DNA of 64,000 nucleotides from an uncultured Gemmataceae bacterium (GTDB lineage Bacteria > Planctomycetota > Planctomycetia > Gemmatales > Gemmataceae), in the NCBI GenBank assembly GCA_963750165.1, contig CAVVPN010000001.1:288001-352000 (forward strand). The letters run 5' to 3'. This document shows positions 18,427 to 25,995 of the stretch, one piece after another; position 1 is the stretch's first letter, and each line of letters opens with the position of its first letter. Both the position numbers and the translations under genes were made by a program. The notes below the pieces were generated by a model that was given only the letters and a program-made list of their open reading frames with translations, was not told the DNA's origin and did not search any database.

Positions 18427-21400
18427 ATGGCCACCGACCTCGGGCCCGCCACGAAACCCGCGTCCGCCCAGAAGTACGAAGCGTTCGTGGAGGAGCAATT
18501 GTCCCGGGCCCGGCGGCGCATCCGCTCGCAGGACCTGGCCGCCGGCTTCCTGGTGCTGCTCTCCAGCCTGGTGCTCTACCTGTTCATCGTCGGCCTGCTC
18601 GACCGCGCCTATACCCTGTCCGCCGGGGTGCGCGGCGCCGCGCTGGTGTTCTACGCCCTGGGCGCTCTGGCCTACGCTGGCCGGCTGGGCTGGCGGCTGT
18701 TCCGCCTGGAGGTCAACCCCTACTTCGCCGCCCGCCGCCTGGAGGAAACGCTGCCGGCGACCAAGAACAGCGTGGTCAACTGGCTCGACCTGCGCGGCGT
18801 ATCGCTGCCGGCCGCCATCCGCGGCTCGCTGGGCCGCCGGGCCGCGAAGGATTTGACGCAGGCCGACCTGGACCAGGCTGTCAGTCCACGCCGCGTCTGG
18901 TGGCTGGCCGGCGCGTCGGCGGTGCTCGTGGTGGCGCTGCTGGCGTGGTTCGCCCTGAGCCCCGGACAGTTCGCGTCGCTGGCGCACCGCGCCCTGGCCC
19001 CATTCGACGGCATCGGCATCGCCACTTCAACCCAGCTGGAACTGCTCAATCCGAAGCACGGCGACCTTGTGCTCAGCCGTGAACAGGACGTGCCGGTGCG
19101 TGTCAAGATCACCGGCCGCGTCCCGGGCGTCAACGAGAGTGATTCGCCAAGAATCCTCTATCGCTACACCACCGCTGGCCGCCCGGTCGAGCGGCTGCTG
19201 GAGCGCGACCCGCGCAACAACGGCGAATGGACGTTCCTGGTCAAGCGTGATCTGATCCGCACCGGCCTGTTCTACAAGCTCACCGCCGGCGACGCCGAGA
19301 CGCGGGAGCACAAGATCGAGGTGGTCGCCGCCCCGCAGGCGCTGCGCTGGCAGGTGACGTATCAGCCGCGCAGCTATCTCGGCATGGCGAACGACGCCTT
19401 CGAGGTGCCGAATGTCGAGCGCAAACTGTACGTGCCAAACCTGCGGCACTTCCGCGGCACCACGGTCACGCTGGTGGCGCGGACGAACCGCCCCTGGCAT
19501 CAGGGCAACCTGGACGTGACGCAGGGGCCGGATCGCAAACTGCTGCCCGGCGAGCCCGTGGCCGGTGACCCGCAGGCGCGGCAGTTCCAGTTTGTGCTGA
19601 ACCGCGCCGGCACGTTTCGACTGCTGTTCAAGACCTCGGACGGTGAGGCGAACGTGGACCGCGAGTTGTACAGGATCGAGGTCGTTGAGGACGAGGCGCC
19701 GCTGGTGACGCTGACGCGGCCGGAGAAGGACATCGAGCTGCCGGCCAACGGCACCCTGCAAGCGACCGGCTTCGCCGAGGACAAGGTGGGCGTCAAGGGC
19801 ATGCGGCTACACCTGCAGGTCATCAAGGGCAAGGACGCGGGCTTTTTGCAGCCGAAGGCGTATCGAGCCGGCCATTCGTTCCAGCTGGTGGACAAAAGCT
19901 ATTCGAAGAAGCTGGAGTATCAGGATTTCGTGGCGCTGCCGGAACTGAAGACCAAGCGCAGCGCGCCGGTGCGGCTGGCGAAGGGCGACGTGCTGGAATG
20001 CTGGCTGGAGGCGGACGACGCCTGCGACTTCCCGGAGCCGGGCGGCAACGTCGGCAAGAGCGTGCGCCGCACGATCAAGATCACCGACCCGCAGAAGAAC
20101 GACCAGGCGCAGCAGCAGCGCCAGCAGGCGGCGAAGCAGCAGCAGCAGCATCAGCAGCAGCAGGATCAGCAGCAAAAAAAAGAGAACGACGACATCAAGC
20201 AACAGCAACAGGGTGGCGGCCAGGGCTTGAGCAAGCAGCAGAAGCAGGATGTGGACAAGAAGGCGGAAGACGTGGAGAAGGCCGCGAAGGAGCAGCAGAA
20301 GCAGGAGAACGCCAAGGGCAACGCCAAGGGGGCCGAGGGCAACGACGGCAAGGGTCAGGATCAGAACCCGCAGCAGCAGAACCAGCAGGGCGCGAGCAAG
20401 GAAGCGGGCCAGGACGGCGGCAACGCCAAGGGCCAGGACCAGGGCAACGGTCAGCCGAACGGCGCCGACAAGTCCAGCGAGTCCAAGGGCGGCGGCGATG
20501 ACAAGGGGCAAAAGGATAAGAAGGGCGATGCCAAGGACGGTGGCAACGACAAGGGGCAGCAGAACAACGCCGGCGGCAGCAAGGCGGGCGCGCCGGACAA
20601 GATGAGCGGTGGCGGCGGTGCCGACAAGAAGGAGGGCACCGGGGACGCGCAGGGCGGCGGCGCGGGCCAGGCCCGGGACAGCGGTATGGGTCAGGACAAG
20701 GGGCCGAAAGCCGCCGACAAGTCGCCGCCGCAGGACCAGGCCGGCGCGGGCGGCAAGGATAAGGGTGATGGCAGTGGGCAGGGCGCTGCGAGCCAGGCCA
20801 AGGGCGATTCGCACGCGCCGCCGCAACCGGGGCAGAACGGCCAGGGGGCGACCAAGGGCGACCCGCAGGACAACGGGGGGGGACAGGCCGGCGGTCAGGC
20901 CCGGCCGGAGAACCGCGATCCGCAGGGTAACGGCCAGGCGGCGAGCAAGGGCGCCAACCCGGACGGCCTGAAGACCGCAGGTGCGGGCAAGAACGACCAG
21001 CGCGCGGGTGGCGGCCAGGGTGGGTCGGATCGGAAAATCACCCGGGAGGACGTGGAGTTACTGGCCAAGGCCATGAAGGAACTGCCGAACGCGAAGGACC
21101 GCGAGCACGCCGAGAAAGGGCTGGAGTTCGTGCGCGACATGGCCCCGGACGCGGAGGTGCGTCAGGCCGCCGAGGACGCGCTGAAGAAGGCCGGCAAGGG
21201 CCACCGCTACGAGCCCGCCGGCGCCAAGGACGCCGGCGCGAAGGAGGAGAAGGCGCCGGCGAACGCGAAGGTCAAGGGCACGCCAGTGGACGAGAAGGCG
21301 AAGCAACCCACCGCCACCGCCAAGGATCAGTCGCCTCAGCAGGGCGAGGCGGGCAAGAAGAAGGAAGGCGAAGGCCAGACCCAGGGCAAGCAGGCGAGCA

Positions 21401-21855
21401 CGGCGAAGACCAAGGGCGACAGCGGCATGGGTGGCAGTAATCGTCAGAACGCGCTCGGTGTGCTGGACGCGATCAAGCCGAACCCGGTGAACCTCAAGGC
21501 GGCGCTGCACGCGGGCAACCTGCAACTGGAGGGCCTGCCCGAGGAGTTGCGGAAGTTACAGAAGCGGCTCAACTGGTCGGATCAGGAACTGGCGAACTTC
21601 GTCCGCGACATGCAGACGTACGACCGCGAACTGCGGGCGAAGTCCCGGCCGAAGAAGAAGGCGACGACGCCGGAGCAGTTGATCGGCGGCTATCGCGGCC
21701 CGGGGCTGGGGCCGCAGCAGATCGGCGGCGGCACGCAGAAACTGAACACGGAGCGCGGCGGCGGGGCCAGGCCGCCGGAGTTCGAGGACGCTTATTTGCG
21801 CTTCACCACGTCGGATCGCACCGCGACGGACTCGAGGAAAACGCCGCCGAAGTGA
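18427..21855 (+). CDS. Large membrane protein, DUF4175-like, with Ig-like domains and long Q/G/K/D low-complexity tail
   Basis: Three N-terminal TM segments, AARRLE...KNSVVNWLDL, DEAPLVTLTRP...AEDKVGV, then poly-Q and GQDK-rich sequence. Confidence 0.75.
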   Translation: MATDLGPATKPASAQKYEAFVEEQLSRARRRIRSQDLAAGFLVLLSSLVLYLFIVGLLDRAYTLSAGVRGAALVFYALGALAYAGRLGWRLFRLEVNPYFAARRLEETLPATKNSVVNWLDLRGVSLPAAIRGSLGRRAAKDLTQADLDQAVSPRRVWWLAGASAVLVVALLAWFALSPGQFASLAHRALAPFDGIGIATSTQLELLNPKHGDLVLSREQDVPVRVKITGRVPGVNESDSPRILYRYTTAGRPVERLLERDPRNNGEWTFLVKRDLIRTGLFYKLTAGDAETREHKIEVVAAPQALRWQVTYQPRSYLGMANDAFEVPNVERKLYVPNLRHFRGTTVTLVARTNRPWHQGNLDVTQGPDRKLLPGEPVAGDPQARQFQFVLNRAGTFRLLFKTSDGEANVDRELYRIEVVEDEAPLVTLTRPEKDIELPANGTLQATGFAEDKVGVKGMRLHLQVIKGKDAGFLQPKAYRAGHSFQLVDKSYSKKLEYQDFVALPELKTKRSAPVRLAKGDVLECWLEADDACDFPEPGGNVGKSVRRTIKITDPQKNDQAQQQRQQAAKQQQQHQQQQDQQQKKENDDIKQQQQGGGQGLSKQQKQDVDKKAEDVEKAAKEQQKQENAKGNAKGAEGNDGKGQDQNPQQQNQQGASKEAGQDGGNAKGQDQGNGQPNGADKSSESKGGGDDKGQKDKKGDAKDGGNDKGQQNNAGGSKAGAPDKMSGGGGADKKEGTGDAQGGGAGQARDSGMGQDKGPKAADKSPPQDQAGAGGKDKGDGSGQGAASQAKGDSHAPPQPGQNGQGATKGDPQDNGGGQAGGQARPENRDPQGNGQAASKGANPDGLKTAGAGKNDQRAGGGQGGSDRKITREDVELLAKAMKELPNAKDREHAEKGLEFVRDMAPDAEVRQAAEDALKKAGKGHRYEPAGAKDAGAKEEKAPANAKVKGTPVDEKAKQPTATAKDQSPQQGEAGKKKEGEGQTQGKQASTAKTKGDSGMGGSNRQNALGVLDAIKPNPVNLKAALHAGNLQLEGLPEELRKLQKRLNWSDQELANFVRDMQTYDRELRAKSRPKKKATTPEQLIGGYRGPGLGPQQIGGGTQKLNTERGGGARPPEFEDAYLRFTTSDRTATDSRKTPPK

Positions 21856-21987
21856 TCGCGCTCTGGAGAAAACCGCGCCGCTCGCCAAACCCGACAGCAG
21901 GCGTGTATAAAATACAGACCCAAGTAGTTGTCAAGGGAAGATTTTTTCCGCCTTGACAAGTTGCGGGCATACCCGTCTACTCCTGAA

Positions 21988-22071
21988 ATATGCTGACCGG
22001 CGCCTGGGATATGCGAGCCGGCACCCGCAATATGCTGACCGGCGCCCGGGATATGCGAGCCGGCGCCGGTC
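21988..22071 (+). repeat. Four 21-bp ATATGC-anchored tandem units (ABAB)
   Basis: ATATGCTGACCGGCGCC.GGG alternates with ATATGCGAGCCGGC... Confidence 0.85.
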
Positions 22072-22072
22072 A

Positions 22073-22435
22073 GATAATCAAAGACGGCAATGTGCTGCTG
22101 GCGATGAAGCGCCAGGATTTTGAGCGGCGGGCGCAGGACGCTCCCAACCTCGACTGGCTCACCAGCAAGACCGTCGGCGTGCTGTCGGTCGGGCTCCCGC
22201 GGCCCTCCTTTGCGGCACCCGAGACGATGCAGGAAGTGCCCGTGGCGACCTATCACGTCATGATCCAGGACGGCAAGCTGAGCGTGGAAGTGGAGAACGA
22301 CCCCGGGCGGCGCCACCGGCGGGCTTGCTGCCGACCTGGGTGGTGGGGCTGGTGGCGTCCGTGGCCATCGCGTGGCTGGGCATCTGGTTCGTCCGCCGCC
22401 GCTCCGCCACGCCTCGGGTGAAGGAACTGTCGTGA
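22073..22435 (+). pseudogene. 5'-truncated paralogue of the two downstream C-terminally anchored proteins, frameshift near 22305
   Basis: LLAMKRQDFERRA..LDWLT..EVPVATYH, then in another frame GLLPTWVVGLVASVAIAWLGIWFVRRR. Confidence 0.75.
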
Positions 22436-22545
22436 CGCCGCGCCGCGCTGCAATCATCTTCCATCCCGATCGCTTTTCGCTTGCATGTCCCAGCCACGCC
22501 GCCTAAACTCCTGGGGATTCTTCAACCACAAGAAGGAGACGAGCC

Positions 22546-23169
22546 ATGAGCCGAAGGCTGGCGTTCGCGGTGGCTGTCAGTCTGGTGGTGGTTGCCGCCG
22601 TGTCAGGGAATGCAGGGCCGGCGCGCTTGCCGAAAGACCACAAGCGCATCGATCCGCCCGTGCGCTTCGAGGGCATCGAAAAACACTCGGAATACGTCTT
22701 TCACGTGCAGTGCGGTGGAGCTTACCTGAGCTATCGAACGTTCCAGGTCAAGGACGCGAAATCGTTCCCACTCGATTTCCCAAACTTCAAAGACCGCGCC
22801 CCAACCATCAGTTACATGGTGTTGCTGGCGATGAAGCGCCAGGACTTTGAAAAGCGGGCGAAGGCCGATCCCAAGCTCGAATGGCTCACCGAGAAGACCG
22901 AAGGCGTACTGTCGGTCAAACTCGCTCCGCCTTCCCTGGTGGCTCCGGTCACGGTGAAGGAAATCCCCGTGACGACCTACCGCGTCACCATCAAGGACGG
23001 CAAGCTGACCGCTGAAAAAGTGGCCGGCGCCAAGAGCAGCGCGGCGCCGCCGGCGAGCCTGCTACCGAACTGGGCGTTCGGACTGGTGGGTTCCGCGTCG
23101 GTTGCGTGGCTGGGCCTCTGGTTCGTCCGCCGCCGGCCCGCCACGCCTCCGCCGCAGGAGCCGGCCTGA
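22546..23169 (+). CDS. Exported protein with C-terminal TM anchor + RRR
   Basis: Signal peptide. Ends LLPNWAFGLVGSASVAWLGLWFVRRRP. Confidence 0.85.
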   Translation: MSRRLAFAVAVSLVVVAAVSGNAGPARLPKDHKRIDPPVRFEGIEKHSEYVFHVQCGGAYLSYRTFQVKDAKSFPLDFPNFKDRAPTISYMVLLAMKRQDFEKRAKADPKLEWLTEKTEGVLSVKLAPPSLVAPVTVKEIPVTTYRVTIKDGKLTAEKVAGAKSSAAPPASLLPNWAFGLVGSASVAWLGLWFVRRRPATPPPQEPA

Positions 23170-23176
23170 CACCGCG

Positions 23177-23216
23177 TTGTCCGCGGTTCGCCGCCCTGGT
23201 ATGCTTCAGGGCGGCG
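23177..23216 (+). promoter_or_regulatory. Sigma70-like promoter with palindrome around the -10 box (copy 1)
   Basis: TTGTCC-17 bp-TATGCT with extended TG. Arms CGCCGCCCTG/CAGGGCGGCG. Confidence 0.65.
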
Positions 23217-23248
23217 GCACCTTTCGCGCTTCCCCGGAGGAAGATGCC

Positions 23249-23518
23249 ATGTCGAACAATCCCACGATCCTCGAACGCAACCGGGAACTGGCGAAGCGCA
23301 TCAACGAGGAGGCGCGGCGCGACCCGCAATCGCCGTATGCCAACAAGTTCGTCGGGATCGTCGATGGCCAGGTCGTGGTGGTCGCGGACAACCCGGACGA
23401 ATTGGGGCGGCGGTTGCGGCAAATCGAACCCGACCCATGCAAATGTTATTGGGTGGAAGCGAGTCGGGATTATTCGGAAGTGCATCACATCCCTGGCCCG
23501 ATCTGGTGCTGTGCATGA
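23249..23518 (+). CDS. Small DUF5678-like protein (copy 1)
   Basis: PYANKFVGIVDGQVVVVADNPDEL. RBS GGAGG. Paralogue at 25705. Confidence 0.75.
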   Translation: MSNNPTILERNRELAKRINEEARRDPQSPYANKFVGIVDGQVVVVADNPDELGRRLRQIEPDPCKCYWVEASRDYSEVHHIPGPIWCCA

Positions 23519-23568
23519 AAAGTTCAATCGCATTTGCCGTGCTGCCGACCAGTTCAGGCAGACGGAGC

Positions 23569-24174
23569 ATGATCCGATCATTACTGCTCGCGGTGGCCGC
23601 CCAGCTGTTGACGGCTGCCGCCGTGTCGGCGGACGGGGTGCCGCACGTGCCGCGGGGCATGAAGTACATCCAGCCGCACGTGCGCTTCGCGGACCTCGAC
23701 CAGTACCCCGACTATGTCTTTTTCGTGTGGAATCGCTTCCTCCATCATCCCGCGGAGGACGCGAAGGACGGTCCGCCATACCAGATCAAGGACGCCAGCG
23801 CGCTCCGCCTCTCCTGGGGAAACCGCGACCGCCACATCCTGCTGGCGATGAAGCGCCTGGACTTCGAGCGGCGGGCGCAGTACGCCCCCAAGCTCGACTG
23901 GCTCACCGACAAGACCGAGGGGGTGCAGTCGGTCGGGCTGCGAGCGCCCTCCCACCTGGCACCCGTGACGATGGCGGAAGTGCCCGTGGCGACCTATCAC
24001 ATCACCTTCCGGGACGGCCGGCTGGCCGTTGACCTGGAGGACGATGCGCGTGTGACTGGGGGCTTGCTGCCGCCCTGGGCATTCGGGTTGCTGGCGTCCG
24101 TGGCCATCGCCTGGCTGGGCCTCTGGTTCGTCCGCCGCCGTTCCGCCGCGCCGCAGCCGAGGGAACTGACATGA
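23569..24174 (+). CDS. Exported protein with C-terminal TM anchor + RRR
   Basis: Signal peptide MIRSLLLAVAAQLLTAAAVSA. Ends LLPPWAFGLLASVAIAWLGLWFVRRR. Confidence 0.85.
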   Translation: MIRSLLLAVAAQLLTAAAVSADGVPHVPRGMKYIQPHVRFADLDQYPDYVFFVWNRFLHHPAEDAKDGPPYQIKDASALRLSWGNRDRHILLAMKRLDFERRAQYAPKLDWLTDKTEGVQSVGLRAPSHLAPVTMAEVPVATYHITFRDGRLAVDLEDDARVTGGLLPPWAFGLLASVAIAWLGLWFVRRRSAAPQPRELT

Positions 24175-25190
24175 CGCCGGGCCTCGCCGTCACCGGGCCG
24201 CGTCTGGACGCGCCGGGCCAGCAGTCGGCCGCGGCGCGGGCGTTCGGCCTGCTGACGCTCGCCCTGGCCGGGGCCGCGGCGCTGCTCGCCGGCTGGGCGC
24301 CACTCGGCTTCTCCATCGTCACCGTCTTCCTGTTCGCCGGCCCGCACAACTGGATCGAGGCCCGTTACTTCCTGGGCCGGCTCCCCGCCCGCTGGGGCAA
24401 GCTGCGCGGCTTCTTCGCCCTGACGTTCGCCGGCACCGTCGGCCTGACGGCCGCGTACGCCGCCCTGGTCTGGCTCGCGGCGGACTGGGACGAGACGCAC
24501 CGCCGCATCGCCCTGGCGGCCTGGAACAGCCTGCTGGTGGGCTGGGTGCTGACGCTCGCGCACCTGCGCAGCCGGCAGAACCCGCGGCGGGACTGGTCGT
24601 GGACGTGGCCGGTCGGCCTGCTGCTCGCCGGCCTTGCCTGGCTGCACCCCGAGGGCTGGGCGCTCGGCGTGGTCTTCCTGCACCCGCTGCTGGCGCTGTG
24701 GATTTTGGACCGCGAGCTGCGCCGCCGGCCGGCCTGGCTGCGGACCTACCGCCGCTGTCTGCTGGCCGTGCCGGTGCTGCTCGGGCTGCTGTGGTGGCGG
24801 CTGGCCGACGCGCCCGGGCTGCCGGGGGCCGATGCGTTCACGGTGCGCATCACCCGCCACGCGGGGGCGGACCTGCTGCCGGGCGTGTCGTCGCACCTGC
24901 TGGTGGCGACGCACACGTTTCTGGAAATGCTGCACTACGGTGTCTGGCTGGCGGCGGTGCCGGTGGTGGCGCTGGGCGCGGCGCCGTGGAACCTCGGCCG
25001 GGTGCCGCTGGCGCGCCGCTCCGGCCGCTGGGCGGTGGCGGTGGCCGGCGTGCTGGCCCTCGGCGCCGCCGCGGTCGTGGCGCTGTGGTGCGGCTTCCTC
25101 GCCGACTACCCGCTGACACGCGACTTCTATTTCGCCGTCGCCATGCTGCACGTCCTGGCGGAAGTGCCCTTTCTGCTGCGGGCGTTGTGA
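24171..25190 (+). CDS. Multi-pass membrane protein with His/Glu motifs
   Basis: Many TM segments with FAGPHNWIEARY, HTFLEMLHY, MLHVLAE. ATGA-coupled to the upstream gene. Confidence 0.8.
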   Translation: MTPGLAVTGPRLDAPGQQSAAARAFGLLTLALAGAAALLAGWAPLGFSIVTVFLFAGPHNWIEARYFLGRLPARWGKLRGFFALTFAGTVGLTAAYAALVWLAADWDETHRRIALAAWNSLLVGWVLTLAHLRSRQNPRRDWSWTWPVGLLLAGLAWLHPEGWALGVVFLHPLLALWILDRELRRRPAWLRTYRRCLLAVPVLLGLLWWRLADAPGLPGADAFTVRITRHAGADLLPGVSSHLLVATHTFLEMLHYGVWLAAVPVVALGAAPWNLGRVPLARRSGRWAVAVAGVLALGAAAVVALWCGFLADYPLTRDFYFAVAMLHVLAEVPFLLRAL

Positions 25191-25220
25191 GGGCGCCGCC
25201 GGCGGCGCGGGGATGCGGAC

Positions 25221-25601
25221 ATGCCCTGGATATTCTTGCTGATCGGTTACTGCGTCACGGTCGCGGTCGAGACGCCGGTGCTGCTGGTCGGACTGGCGCC
25301 GGTCCACCCGCGGCGCCGCCGGCTGTTCGCGGGGCTGTGGCTGACCGCCTGCACCTATCCAGTGTTCATCCTGACGCTGCCCGAGCTGTTCCACTTTCGC
25401 TCCTCGTACCTCATCGTCGGCGAAACGCTGGTGACGCTGGCCGAGTGTGCGCTGTTCCTGGCGGCGTTCGGCCGGCACGAGCGCGGCTGCGCCGACCGGC
25501 TGCGCGATTGTGCCGCCATCGTCCTGGCGAACCTGGCGTCGTTCGGCGTCGGCGAGTGGTTGAACGCCAACGGCTGGTTCGGCTGGCTGGAAGCGGTTTA
25601 A
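25221..25601 (+). CDS. Small four-TM hypothetical protein
   Basis: TVAVETPVLL, LTACTYP, GETLVTLAEC, LANLASF. Confidence 0.8.
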   Translation: MPWIFLLIGYCVTVAVETPVLLVGLAPVHPRRRRLFAGLWLTACTYPVFILTLPELFHFRSSYLIVGETLVTLAECALFLAAFGRHERGCADRLRDCAAIVLANLASFGVGEWLNANGWFGWLEAV

Positions 25602-25631
25602 GCATCGGTAAACGTGCCGAGGTATCGATCG

Positions 25632-25672
25632 TTGTCCGCAGCCCGTCGCCCTGGTATGCTTCAGGGCGACGG
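25632..25672 (+). promoter_or_regulatory. Sigma70-like promoter with palindrome around the -10 box (copy 2)
   Basis: TTGTCC-17 bp-TATGCT. Arms CCGTCGCCCTG/CAGGGCGACGG. Confidence 0.65.
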
Positions 25673-25704
25673 CAGGTAAAGCGCCGTCCCGGGAGGAAGA
25701 CCTC

Positions 25705-25962
25705 ATGTCGAGCGATCCCACGGTACTTGAGCGCAACCGGGAACTGGCGATGCGGATCAACGAGGAGGCGCGGCGCGACCCGCAATCGCCGTATGCGAAC
25801 AAGTGGGTCGGCATCGCCAACGGCCAAGTCGTGGTGATCGCGGATGACCCGGATGAGGTGTCGCGGCGCCTTCGACAAATCGAGCCGGACCCGAGCAAGT
25901 GCTTCGGCGTCGAAGCGAGCCGGGATTATGACGAGGTGATCTTTATCCTGGGAGCGCTCTGA
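25705..25962 (+). CDS. Small DUF5678-like protein (copy 2)
   Basis: Close paralogue of 23249-23518. Confidence 0.78.
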   Translation: MSSDPTVLERNRELAMRINEEARRDPQSPYANKWVGIANGQVVVIADDPDEVSRRLRQIEPDPSKCFGVEASRDYDEVIFILGAL

Positions 25963-25995
25963 TCTTTTTTCCGACGCGATCTGACGAAACCACAC

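Noticed and set aside
21988..22071. Possible CRISPR array or plasmid iterons
   Set aside because: Contiguous 21-bp units without spacers, and no rep or cas gene nearby.
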